This document shows positions 37,830-50,959 of a stretch of DNA of 64,000 nt, piece after piece. This DNA comes from Octopus sinensis (taxonomy: Eukaryota). The notes beneath the pieces were generated by a model. The model had not been told where the DNA came from. It saw nothing but the letters and a program-made list of their open reading frames with translations, and did no database searches. Location of the stretch: contig NC_043007.1 of the NCBI RefSeq assembly GCF_006345805.1, positions 73,098,001 to 73,162,000 of the forward strand. Direction: 5' to 3'. The position numbers and the translations under genes were made by a program. The first letter of the stretch is position 1. Each line of letters starts with the position of its first letter.

Positions 37830-38110
37830 GTGATGGGAGTGACGCACTATCGTCAAGGGTTGTATTGCACCATGATTGACTCTGGCCCAGACGAATAGCG
37901 TCATGGAGGAGGATTAGAGTAGAGGCTGAAGTTGAAATTATTAAGGTTCTGAACGAGATATTTTTGGAGAGGAGGGTCCAGTGAATGAAGTGCTGGTGGA
38001 CAAGCAGTACTACATTTTGTCACTGGGAAAGAGAGAGAAATGCTAGAAAAGTGGAAAGTCAAGGGCTTCTTTAGAGCCATAGACAGGTTGAGTAGAAATG
38101 GAATCATAAA
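37830..38110 (-). pseudogene. Very degenerate APE-type LINE ORF2 start (CR1 group)
   Basis: KKPLTFHFSSI resembles the endonuclease N-terminus; otherwise weak. Confidence 0.35.
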
Positions 38111-39406
38111 GAGACCCCATCAAACAATCAAAGCTATAACCAGAAGGAGTATATCCCTGACTGAGGCGATATTTAAATAATCTGCTATCAGTAACATATA
38201 TCTGTTACATTCTGGTACAACATGTCAGTTCGGTCAGGCTATGCGGAGGAGTCGGTGCCCTTGAGAATCGTGTTCGCAACTACTGTACCAGCAGGTATTG
38301 AAGGAGAGGAAGGACTTGCATCTATTCAGGTCTGAGATGAGTCGGGGGAAAAGCCATCCGATGTATGTCCCGGTGGAGCAAAGGCCGGAAAACTGATGTT
38401 AATTTCCAGAATAATATTTGTGTTGATGAGATACCGAATCCATCGAGTGACCACCACATCAGATAATGAAACTAGCGACGAAGAATAAAAAGATTTCGAG
38501 GCTAACTCTGCAATTTTGCGAAGATTGCGGAGGGAGCGGCATCCACCCTGCTGTACGAGCGACAATGAGATGATGTGAGGATAGTGAGGTTAGGCTATCA
38601 CTTGTAGATTATGTACATAGATATGATTAGGGAGAGGGTGTACATTGAAATCTTTTTATTGTTGTTCAGTTGATGTAGATTTTTTTGGTATGTATATGTT
38701 AAGGAGGAGAGACGTACCTTGTGCATGGAATGATCGTGGGACTAGAGGGATGTATGATGTTATGAGATGAGACAGCAGGATGAGATAAGGAAGAAGCAGG
38801 AATCACCAGCGAGTGTCAATGGGATGAGCATTGAACTAGTCGGGATCCGGGGAATGTTCTCAACTTGTAAAGTAGATTTTATTCCTTTTGTGGTGTAACA
38901 TGGTATCTCTATTTCCTGCTGTTAAAGTAAGAATGAATAGTTTTCCCCTCTGATCACTTAATACTCATCACAAAATCTTTGGCGGTAAAGTCGACATAAA
39001 TTCGACCCAAAATAGTAACACAGAAGCGAAATCATTTTCATATCCTGAAGATGATATCAGCGATACCATTTTAGTAACTATTGTTCTCAGTAAATCAAGT
39101 ACGTTTGTGTAGGTGGTTGCTGCGTGTGATTATATGCCTAGCATTCCCTTTCCTCTACTCTCACCGCAACTATATTCCCTCTGATATACATACTTCTCTC
39201 TTTCTCGCTCTATAACACCTCTAAGTTCATTAACGAGAAATGTTTTTGAGTACAGACATAAAAGCTCCTATGTTTTCATATCAGCTATGGCCTAGTGATT
39301 CCAACTTGCAACAACAGTTTTATGGGATCATATCAAACTGTGCCGATATAATGTAGAATAAATATAGTGATAATAATAATAATCCATGGATGGAATTTAT
39401 AAATAT

Positions 39407-39620
39407 ACTAGCTGACCCTGGGCCGTCAAAAATGACAGCTAATTGTAATATTTTATATATGAATAAGGTATAAAATAAGGTACACGATAATCATAGATAC
39501 AAACATTTACATTCTTCCCTTGTACATGTACACACATATATACATATACTCAGAGTTGAAAGCTGTTTGATTTTCTTTTCAGCATTGAACGTTCACCATC
39601 CCATTTCCATTGCACACACA

Positions 39621-39659
<39 letters not shown>

Positions 39660-39954
39660 GCACGCGCATTCACATACCTCTCTTTTACACACACACACAC
39701 ACACACATACTCTGAGTTGAAACGCTGATTTTTTTCACCCCTGCCTTCCTTATTCATCTATCACCCCTTTCTTTCCCCATTGCTATTACTTTCTCTCACT
39801 CTTTCAGTCAGGGTTATTACTCTCACTACTTCTCCTTCACTAAACTACTATTTTCTTCTCTCCCTTCACTGGTACATTTCCCCCATTATACGCCGGTTTG
39901 GCTGTGTAACATTCCAAGCAAACAAGCACGATTGAAGTTCATTTTTAATAGTAT

Positions 39955-39960
<6 letters not shown>
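39407..39960 (+). mobile_element. Non-autonomous Helitron/Helentron-like element with internal (CA)n
   Basis: 5' ACTAGCTGACCC, internal microsatellites and duplicated blocks, 3' TTTTAATAGTATA end. No coding evidence. Confidence 0.45.
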
Positions 39961-40123
<163 letters not shown>

Positions 40124-40724
40124 ATGGAGAAGACTGGTTTATGGGATTAGCCTAGGTTTCCCGCCCATAAAGGGAAACCTAAGGTAATCCCATAAACCGG
40201 CCTTCCAATCTTTAATATATACTGCTCTACATCTTAGAGAATGCTTCTTTCAGATTTATGTTCTTTACAAACAATATATATCTTGATAATACTAAAACTC
40301 TAAAGATGTTTGTGTGTACCCCAAATATCTCAGAAATAGAATATTTCATCTTATTATTATTATTATTTTTTGCATATTTGTTTTCATACTTACCTTCAGT
40401 AGTGCAGTACAAATTTTGTGGTATTTAGGACTCTATTTATTAAGGAAAATGATTAAATACAATTTTTGTTTGTTATTTCTTGGCGGAAAAAAAATCACAT
40501 CCATGACGTCAACACACATACAGAATACACACACACATAATGAACGTCATGGTGTGCCAATAAACACAAACACACGTCCGCTATCTATGACATATGCACA
40601 CAAATAGTCTTCGAGCTCTCTAAGAAAAAAAAAACGACTTTTTGACATACACAATATTTTAATAATTTAAAAATACTTTTAACTGAATGTGATTTTAAAA
40701 ATGTGAGTTGTTTGTACAGTAAGT

Positions 40725-40907
40725 GGCGGAGGTAAAGAATACGTACACCACCAGTTTTCGGCGTAACAAAACTCTAACCCTAACCCTAATCCAAACCCTA
40801 AACCCTAACCCTAACCCTAATTCCTAATCCTAACACTAACCCTAAACCCTAACCCTAACCCTAACCCTAGCCCGAAACACTGAGTGTACATATTCTTTAC
40901 TTTCGCC
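40725..40907. mobile_element. Merlin-like MITE filled with telomeric repeats
   Basis: 24-bp TIR GGCGGAGGTAAAGAATACGTACAC (21/24 match), perfect 8-bp TSD CAGTAAGT, interior of degenerate (CCCTAA)n. Confidence 0.8.
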
Positions 40908-41006
40908 CAGTAAGTATTTATATCTTAGATTTCTTTAAACAGACAATATTTTAATGATTTAAAAATTATTTTCAAGTGAGTGACGATCTTTCGCTTATCA
41001 TCTGGA

Positions 41007-41293
41007 GTTCGTTAATTTCCGTAACAATTTTTTAAAATTTATTTACTTTTGTTTTAAAGTGAAAGAGAGGAGAAAATGAAAGATGTATGTACGTGTATAT
41101 GAAATGGACGTGAGAGAGAGAGTGAGAGAGAAAAAGAGAGGGAAAGAAAGAGAGAGTGCGCGATGGGGTGTGTTGTCATGTATACGTACATACATCAATA
41201 CATATGCGTACATCTTTTTTGTATGTACGTGTGCATGTGTGTATGAGAGAGAATGAGTGAGTGAACGTGTGTGTTCTCATGTATGTGCAAGTG

Positions 41294-41354
<61 letters not shown>

Positions 41355-41462
41355 TGCAGACGTCCGTTTCATATACATGTTCATACATCTTTCACTTTCT
41401 CCTCCTTTTCACTTCAAAGCAAAAGTAAATAGATAAAAAAAAATTTACGGAAATAAACGAAC
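41007..41462. mobile_element. Long-TIR MITE with (GA)/(CT) interior
   Basis: GTTCGTTAATTTCCGTAA ... TTACGGAAATAAACGAAC; arms about 100 bp; a solo right arm at about 33780-33865. Confidence 0.7.
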
Positions 41463-41824
41463 AAAACCAGCTGATTCGGATGACAGTTCTGAGAGTCATA
41501 GATCGCCCCAAAAGAATACCATTACAAAAAATTTTCGAGGGCATTCAACGTATCGCAGCTCCAAAGATTTTGGCTGCTATTTCTAGCACGCTCTGCTACC
41601 ACGTATCAGCTACTTGCGATGAAGGACTCGAAATACCTGTTACGCGGTAGCGGGATATACAAGAAATAACAGCCAAATCTTTCCTTTTCTGGGGAAAGGA
41701 GCCGTTTACGCATGATTTTGATGTTACATTCGTTGAAAGCATGCGAAATAATCCGGTAAAGAAAAAATCCCACGAAATAAAATTCAGACTTTCTAGGTGT
41801 CCCAACGGTTCACAGGTAGTCTAG

Positions 41825-41858
<34 letters not shown>

Positions 41859-42166
41859 AAGATTGCCTTAAGATACATAGCGTATTTTATGAATATGCCT
41901 GTTCAAGTATTATAATAGTATGAAACTATTAGTAGCTCTTTCCGTTGTGTATTGAATTTTAGGTGTGTGTGAGTGTGTGTGTGTGTGTGTTATCCGAAAT
42001 ATATAGTATTATATATCCATCACGGCTGATCTTACCGATTGGTAATCTTACCAATCGAAAATTTCAGAAAAAGAAATTAATCCGCACACTCACACATTGC
42101 AAATACAATCTGTAGGTGAAACAGTAAAATTATTCAAAACTTTACTCAAGTAAAAGAGAACACACA

Positions 42167-42197
<31 letters not shown>

Positions 42198-42984
42198 CAC
42201 GAATGCATACATACATATACATTTGCATATAGTGGTTATTTCCTATAAAGAATAACTAACAACAAATTTCAAGGATACAGATAAACTCAAAAGGTTGATT
42301 TTTATTGGATGTGTTTTGAGTGCAGCTGTCCACTCCTTTGGACAACAAAATTCAAGTTTGGAGGAGCTTTACAAACGACACCCATTTTCCAAGTTAATGA
42401 CGCTCTAGCCGGATATTATATTTGTTTTAAGAGAACTACCAACATCCAAATGACAGTAACCAATGGTGAAACTGAATTCACTAGTGTCTAGGAGACACGC
42501 CAAAGGAAAACGGAAGAGGATGTCAAAGAAGAGTTTTAGGAAAGAATCCATTCATGTATTTGACGCAAAACTTCCATCTTATCATTTAACGAAATAAAAT
42601 TGCACAAGAAAACTATTGAAGTCTTTTTTTAACATTCTCTGAATAACTTCCGTTTCTAACATTTTGTAAAACGTGACGTTTGTCCAGGTTGAAAGTATCT
42701 TCTTTGTCAGTAATATTCCCATCCATATCATAATAAATGTTTCCCTATTGTATTTTAAAAGACCCATCCCAGTTCCCCCATACTGCTATTATCAAGATAT
42801 ATACTCTTGTGTATGCTTCAAATACTTAGACCAAAAGAATATATTCACACCTTCTAATATTGAGCTGCCTGCATAACACGATCTTCTTTGTGTAGGTTCG
42901 AGTTCCGTCGTTAATTTTACACTGTGATGGCGATGGTTGGGAGCAGTAATCTTAACAGCTGTGGACAAATGTCCTACAGAGGGC

Positions 42985-43565
42985 AATCATGATATCCTGT
43001 TCTCTCGTTCTGAATGTTCTAAGGATCCATCCGGCCAACTGTCTGCATTTTATTGCCAACTTTGTAATATGCACCTGGAAAGATAAATCATTACTCATGT
43101 CAATGCCCAGCTCGCGCATTGATTTTGATTCGAGGATTTCAATCCTTCCTGGGGCAATTTATCTTGTCTGCTTCTCATTGAACTTCGTGTGCTGGTAGCG
43201 CAGGGGTTGGAATTTTCCAGCATTAAGCTGCATGATATTTTCCTCAACTTGCCTGTACATTGCGTTCAACTCTTGAGCAGAATTCTGTTTCCTCTGAAAA
43301 ACTTTTGTATCATCTGTATAGCTGACATGGATGGCTATCTGAGCAGCTGAGGCCATGTTTGAGAGAGCCACTGTGAATAGCAGTGGCCCCGAGACAGTGC
43401 CCTGTGGGATAACACTCAATATTTACGTTTCTTTGGAGGTAGCCCCATTGCCCACCACTATCTGACTTCTATCTTTTAGAAAATCATGTAGCCATTCTCC
43501 AAGTTTTCCAACTATACCGAGATTACGCAGCTTGTTACATGTCATACCATGGTCGACTTTATCAA
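42985..43565 (-). pseudogene. CR1/Jockey-group RT fragment
   Basis: KVDHG...LGEWLHDFLKDRSQ, SVIPQGTVSGPLLF, YTDDTK, LNAGKFQ. Confidence 0.8.
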
Positions 43566-44097
43566 TACACACACACACACACATATACTTATATAATTCC
43601 AAGAGAGTTGGAGTTTGTGAATCCAACCAACCTAGGGATAATATCTATCCAATATACTGCTAGTAGAATACCCAATTATTAATACACAAGTGTTTTTTTT
43701 TTCATTGCATGATAATTACTGAATGTAATAAATGGGTGAGGGTAAAGAGTTGTTTTACCCTTTTTTGTTTTTATTTATATATATTTTTGCCTAATTTGTT
43801 GTTCATGCTATCGGTTATCCATTAACCAACCATAACAAAGTCATGGCCTTTCAAAACAATAGATGACCAATTAGAATACGGGACTGACCATAACCCTCTT
43901 CACACTTCCCGCAGGATTTCAGCTACTCGATAAACAAAAAGTAACGGAAAATAATAAAGTATCTTGATTAATACTCGGAAATGTATTACTTGTAGTACCG
44001 ACTAATATCATAAGTATTATTATAAACTCTAATCTACTTATTGTGGACCGTTACCTCAAGCCCTCAATAGAAAACATATCGCATGTTTAAGTGTGTG

Positions 44098-44227
<130 letters not shown>

Positions 44228-44867
44228 TGAATAATTATTATAATTAAATAAAAAGAAAAATACGAACTACTACAGTAATCATCCCTTCTCAACACTTGAA
44301 ATATGTATGTACCTATGGGCATGTTTGTACGTGTGTGTGTGTGTGTGCATTCCTCATTTATATACCTTTTCATTCCTACATAACCTCAATAATAATAATC
44401 TTAATATATATCGATTGTTTAAATTCCACTATTATTTCTCTTTTGATAATTTTTCTTTCCTCTGTTTATACTTTATCTAATAAGAATAATATAATATACC
44501 TAATAATAATAATAATTAACTCCTTTGTATGTTTATACATATACATGTATAGATAAGTATTTATGTATAAGTATGTATTTGTAAAAGTGTGTATATGTGT
44601 ATGTATATTTATAACTTAACCTTATGAACTTTCTAAACTTTCTGACGAAGCCCAGAGGCACATCCAAGTACCTTAATTTTATCTACCAAATACTTCAGTT
44701 CACTGAAGGGATGGAAGTAAAGTGGGGTACTATGCCCTCTTGGCTGAAACAGCTGTAAGATACTATTCTACTTTCTATGCTCTACGTTATATATTTTAAT
44801 AATTACTGGTATTTTTATATTTTATATATTATATACAATGTTATACATATTTTCATTTTTTCATTTT

Positions 44868-45250
44868 CATTTACTTGTTTCAGTCATTTGACTGCGGCGA
44901 GCACCGCCTTTAGTCGAGCAAATCGACCCCAGGACTTATTCTTTGTAAGCCTAGTACTTATTCTATCAGTCTCTTTTGCCGAACCGCTAAGTTACGGGGA
45001 TGTAAACACACCAGCATCGGTTGTCAAGCGATGTTGAGTGAAGGGGGCAAACACAACACACAAACATACACATATATATATACAAATATATACGACGGGA
45101 TTCTTTCAGTTTCCGTCTACCAAATCCATTCACAAGGCTTTGGTCGGCCCGAGACTATAGCAGAAGACACTTGCCCAAGGTGCCACGCAGTGGGACTGAA
45201 CGCGGAACCATGTGGTTGGTAAGCAAGCTACTTACCACACAGCCACTCTT
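44868..45250 (-). mobile_element. Full-length young CORE-type SINE
   Basis: Near-consensus family A copy with CpGs intact. Confidence 0.9.
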
Positions 45251-45847
45251 ATGTAGATTGTTATAATTGTTTTTTTAAATAAATAAATAGACATAATATA
45301 ATGTCTAAAAGTTGATGAATACCACCTCTTGATCCCCTCCATTTTCTTATTGCTGTATGTATGTGTGTGTGTATATATATATATATTGCCTTTCGCTAAG
45401 TCCTTTATGTCAAGCATCGAGAGACGGTTCTGCCCTGGGGATATAAAGGTTATTTGGGAGACGCTCACACACACACGCACTTTTTCTCTCTATCTGTACG
45501 TGTATGTATATTTCTACATGTGCTGCGCGCCTGTTTACCTCGAGCGCAAAAAAGCACTGTCGCTAAAGCAAGCCGAATGCTCTGTCATTCGCGCCAAATC
45601 ATTAGCGCCCAAACAGCTGTCCATAATCAACTTATTCCGATCATCATCAACTACTCCAAAGGCAAGAAACGTCCAAGAGTAACGAAAGTCAAAGGTACAA
45701 AAGGGATGGATCACATAATAAAGTTACTGTAAGAGTCATAAATATAACTAATTAAAAAAAATATAAGCCAAGAGACCTGATTCAAATTTATGCCAGGACA
45801 GGATACCACCACAAATCACCTTTTTTGTGGCACATATACAAAAATAG

Positions 45848-46267
45848 GGATATTTTCGGTTTGAACGGCAGTTTTTTCTAGCGGTGTCATATGAAATTGT
45901 CACCCATAATTCTGACCCTAGTATCGATCTATTGCATTTAAATCTGTTTTAGGGTTAGGGTTAGGGGTGGGGGGAAGAGTAATTTTTTTCTTCACAAATG
46001 TAAATAAACCCAATCTGTTTCTTAAACGAGGGACATATTCATACGGCATGGAATGTTTTTTTTTACCTCAATAGACGTCACTGATTGGTTGAAATTGCAG
46101 AAATTGAAGAGAAAAAAACAACAAATATCTTACAAACCATAGAATTTTCTCAATAAAGCCAAAAGAAAAAGATGTTTTATAAACACATTCTACCAGTAAA
46201 CGAAGTTTAGAATTTTTTAGTTACTTAGAAATTATGTTAAAAACTGCCGTTCAAACCGAAAAGATCC
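45848..46267. mobile_element. Complete GGATC-family MITE, opposite orientation to 35168-35567
   Basis: Same TIRs; perfect 8-bp TSD AAAAATAG at 45840-45847 and 46268-46275. Confidence 0.85.
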
Positions 46268-46284
46268 AAAAATAGTACTAACTA

Positions 46285-46485
46285 CAAGAAAGCCCCTGTG
46301 CCTAGCTTTCACTGACCACTTGGAAAAGGCTTTTGACAGAGTTCCATGTTCTGCAGTGTGGTGGTTGCCAAGAAAATTGATTTTTTAAAAAGTGACTTGT
46401 GAGAGCTGTACAACCAATGTACAAAGGAACTGTCGGCAAGGCGAGAGTTCGGCGAATAATTTACCGAGCAGATTGGTGTATTTCA
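46285..46485 (+). pseudogene. RTE RT fragment
   Basis: LCLAF.D.LEKAFDRVP...WW...LVRAVQPMY. Confidence 0.7.
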
Positions 46486-47725
46486 GATTTTAGTTCTCAA
46501 TCTGTTTGTTTAGAATAGTCGTCATCGCCGCCGCCGCCGTTGTCGTCTTCATTATCATCATCCTCTTCATCATCATTATCATCGTCACCATGATCATCAT
46601 CATCAAGAAGTTTAAGACCGGTTTCCATGGGAATATTTGTACACAGATGCCATGGCTTTGATAACTGAATCTGTAGATGTTGAGAGGAAATTCCGGGGAA
46701 AAAGACAGAGTACAAGTGAACCGAGAAATTTTGATGTAAGAAGAATCAGCAGCAGTGAACTGGAGAGATGAGTATGCAGACAGTCTTCTCTGGTAATCTG
46801 ATGAGGTTGTTTATCGAACAATGCCATCGCATTGGATCCGTCCGTGTTCAAATCCCCTTACAATCACTCTTTCAATATTGCTAACAATTACCGTCACTCT
46901 CATACCATTACCCATTGTCATTGCTATCCATCACTTTATCTCAAATTTCTCTCCGACCATTCACTTTCATTTCCAGTACTCCTATCACTTCTCTCTCTCT
47001 CTTTGCTCTATAACACTACAAAGAACAATATAATCCTCAGGTACTGGAGAAGGAACGAATGGAAACAGCATGAAGCAAACAGGACGCTTTAGTTTTGCTG
47101 GGGATGACAACTTCTTTAGTTTTACACTCTGTAAAATGACTGATAAGGAGAGCATCCTGCTGTAGAAACCTTGTCAAAAATGATATAGTCAACGACTCGT
47201 CTTGGAGGTCAGTAACTCAAAATAAGAACTGACTCGGAGCGTGACGACCTACCCAAATCATGACATCATGGAAAACTGAACGTAAATTGCTGCTGCTGCT
47301 GCTGCTGACGATGATGATGATGGCGACAGCCTGCTGATATACTTCTTACTTCTTGCAAGAAATACCGTACTTTCTTTACAAACACACTTTGTTTACGTTT
47401 AGCTTGATGAAGCAGATCTATAATTAAAAGCTTTCCAGTCATGACCCCACATCCATCTTTTTTAAAGCTTAGTATAACTAGGACTACATTATCTAATGTT
47501 GTCTCCTTAATAACACATCGGTGTGTTGCATTGATGGAGAGCTAACAGCTATTTCTACAAAGCGCGCAACAAGGTAGTCATTTCTCGTTACTTCGTGTCA
47601 CCGCCTCGTTTTCATCGCAGGTCAACTTATACCGATTTCACACTTACATGGCCTAATGCATCTCCTGCATTTTAATTAGTGTTCTGCTTGATATATCGAA
47701 CATCGTTCGAGCTGTGTTTATCACA

Positions 47726-47923
47726 ATGTGCCTGAAAGTCTGTCTGCTGTGTTCCACTGGTTGGTTTTCATTGCTTCCACTATCCTGTTTACCACTTTTG
47801 CTACTTTATGGTCTCGCATGTGGTGCGGATACCATCCTTCGAATGTCACTCCTTTTGTCATTGGTCTGTGTCCTGGGGCATTATATTTCAATTAATTGGA
47901 TTTTTCTTCAACCATTTGGAGAG
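47726..47923 (+). CDS. Exon 1 of an uncharacterised multi-pass membrane protein, Ice2/SERINC-like (66 aa, MCLKVCLLCS...YGLACG...FLQPFGE)
   Basis: ATG with A at -3, two hydrophobic stretches, GAG|GTATGT donor at 47924, phase 0, matching the acceptor at 52535. Confidence 0.8.
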
Positions 47924-48899
47924 GTATGTATTCGATGTTGCCCCGTCCTTACAATCCAGTTCTTAAATTATCACTATCAAATTTAAGAATTTCAAAATTC
48001 CCCGCCAAGTTTATAAACAACACTAACATTTCATAAAATTGTTCTTTCGTTATTATTGAATACTTTCGTTCTTCAAAGCGTAATTAAAATATTGCCGGTT
48101 TCTTTATTAGTTGCAGGTGTGTGATGGAAAAAAAATTAAAAACAATCTTTACCGGAAAGATTAAGTTACGAATGAATGAGTGATTATTTTCGGAGATAAA
48201 TCTCAAGTAGTCGAGTTGGATACCAATAAGAAATTTATAAAAATATTGTCGCTGTAATTGATTATTTTAAAATTTAATATCTGACATTAAATATTCTTTA
48301 ACTTAACTTTAACAGTAATCATTAGTGATTTAAAAATAAGTAACCAGCATGCGAAAGTATTCAGTAATGAAAGTACAATATATGATGAGAATGTGGTGTG
48401 CGATCGTCGCAAAAAAGCTAATTAACTAATAAATAAATTATTTTAGCCAAAGACCACAGTTTAAAAAAAAAATACCGCAGCTCCATTCATGTTTACACAA
48501 AGAAAGGGGATTTTTTTTTCATGTTTTCGATAAAAAGGAATTTGCTGACAAATTTTGGACAATAGAATAATTAGCAGATATCTAGATATTGAAGGATACA
48601 AAACATTTACTCGAAAAACATATTCAAGTATTATTCCCATGCATGGTTGTGTAATTAAGTTCGGTTCCACTGCGTAATAATTCGGAGAAGCTTCTTCTTC
48701 AACTATACATCAAGACTAATATCATGAGTGGAATTTGGTAGATGGAAACTGTGTGAAAACCTATTTTATATATATGTATATGAATAATTGTTTAGTTTAT
48801 GACATGAAATAAACGCACACAACTCTTGACTATCTCTTTCTTTCTCTATTTTAGTTGCCGGTGCTGAAACCGAATCTTTTGCATCCCTCAACTCTGTAT

Positions 48900-49330
48900 C
48901 AATTAGATTCATGCCCTACACATTCTGCTGGCCGACACACATATTCTTCGTATCTTTTTCACTTCCAAACCCAGTCTCCACCAAACCATCAGTCTCTGCA
49001 TCCATCAGGTCGTGTCTTACTACGTCTGTCCACTACACATTTAAGTACTTCGTCACTCCCTCACTCTTGCATCCCATGCCACCTCAAGTCAGTTGACGGA
49101 TTGGCTCTATGTAAATATATACTTGCAGCATATTTTCTTCATCTCTGATCCATCAGAACTGACACACGAGTGAAATCATTTCCCGTAGTCATGTCACTCA
49201 AGATTTCATGCATGAACAATTCTCACCCCAAATCTCATGAGTAGTTCACTCGTAGATTCCACACAACATTTCAAGCAAAAAGCACAGCTTGTATCACTTG
49301 GAGAAAATTACTCCCTCCTGCAAACAAGTT
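48900..49330 (-). pseudogene. Degenerate RTE C-terminal fragment in the intron of the membrane-protein gene
   Basis: EMLCG...WTDVVRHDL remnants. Confidence 0.45.
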
Positions 49331-49369
49331 GGCTTTTACCCAGTACATCAATCCTTTGGAAGACCAACA

Positions 49370-49770
49370 AATTCGATGACTGGCACCTGGTTGTTGCCTG
49401 TGCTGCTGGACTGACTCCTGTGCAGGTGGCAAGTAAAGAAACACCGTTTCGACCCAGTGCTTCAGGAGACCTATTGAGTCAAGTACATCAAAAATCAATG
49501 GAAATTGTTGTGATACCTGTGTCGGTGGCACGTAAAAAGCACCATCCAAACGTGGCCGATGCCAGCGCCACCTCGACCGACTTCTGTGCCGGTGGCACGT
49601 AAAAAGCACCAACCGATTGTGGCCATTGCCAGCCTCGCCTGGCACGTAAAACGCACCCACTACACTCACCGAGTGGTTGGCGTTAGGAAGGGCATCCAGC
49701 TGTAGAAACACTGCCACATTAGAGCCTGGTGCATGGAAAACGGACGTTAAACGATGATGATGATGATCTC
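49370..49770 (+). mobile_element. RTE 3' UTR copy with three internal GGCACGTAAAA modules
   Basis: Direct reading; (GAT)n tail at about 49752-49768. Confidence 0.8.
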
Positions 49771-50511
49771 CTTGCATTGCACATCCCTCAAGCCTTCCCA
49801 CCACCCAAAGTCAGTCAATCTTTTTAACAAAAGAATCTCTCCAAACTTTGTGGAATCTTCTTTCTTTCTATTTGCCAACCCTGGAGGCTCTGTAAGCAGG
49901 ACTCTCATGGAGATAACTTTAACAAGTCAAACCAAACCTGCACTGTCTCCATGAAGAGTGAGACCTCGAAAGCATCTTCCAAAAAAACCATTTCAATCTT
50001 GTCTCCTTCAAAAGCTCAAAATCTCAATCATTATATGTAACGTTGTAAACTTCCCATTAAACAAGAATCAGTGAATTGATATGAAATCCTTCACTAACAT
50101 GCTCAATCCTTTCAGACATAAGTCTACTGTCAACTCATCCTACCTCATCCTACTTTTCCTATGATAGTCACATTGGCCTCTGGTTTCTGCATCTAGCTAG
50201 TTTTATGCTACCTTCTCTCAGGCATTCCTAAATCATTAGTTATCCTCTTGTCACCCGTATAATACATCTTTCATATAGACACCTTGACAGTGAATACTAT
50301 GTCCACTCCTTCTTTGTGCATGTTTCCTTGTAGCTGTCAATTTGCACCTATTTAAAGAGGAACATTAATTGCATTGTTCTGATAGGTCTCAGAGGGTCAG
50401 CAAAGGCCATGGGTACAGTTTTGCTTCAGATCAAACCAAGTAAATAAAAAAAATTAATATACCCCTGGTTAAATTACTTTGCTTTTATTGACCAGAGACA
50501 GAGTTAGTTGG

Positions 50512-50680
50512 CATAGGCATAGTTGTGTGGTTAAGAAGTTTACCTCCCAACCATGTGGTTTGGGGTTCAATCCCATTGCATGACACCTTGGGCAACTGTG
50601 TTCTGCTATAGCCCTTGACTGAATAAAGCGTTGAGTGGATTTGGAAGACTGAAAGAAGTTTGTTGTGTGTGTGTATTTCT

Positions 50681-50730
<50 letters not shown>

Positions 50731-50935
50731 CACACACACATATATACACACACACACACATACATATATATTTGTATATGGTGTGTATATGAGGGGGGGG
50801 GTCTGCATCTTCTTGTTTTGTCATGCAATAGTTGTGAGTGGCTCCAAGGAGAAATTTTTACCTTACTTAGACAGAAGTGAGGTTTGGTGACAGGAAGAGT
50901 TTCAACTATAGAAAATCTGCTTCGAGTTTCTGTTA
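50512..50935 (+). mobile_element. CORE-SINE head joined to an RTE-like tail (alternative-tail subfamily)
   Basis: Family A head and CORE block, microsatellite, then GGTGACAGGAAG..ACTATAGAAAATCTGC. Related tails at 59620-59830 and 25515-25680 (-). Confidence 0.6.
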
Positions 50936-50959
50936 ATCACATTAACTTCAGCTTACTTT

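Noticed and set aside
40764-40870. True telomere or fusion scar
   Set aside because: The repeats are short, degenerate and enclosed by TIRs with a TSD.
42230-42800. Coding remnant (RTE C-terminus or transposase)
   Set aside because: Multiple stops and no motif I could assign with confidence.
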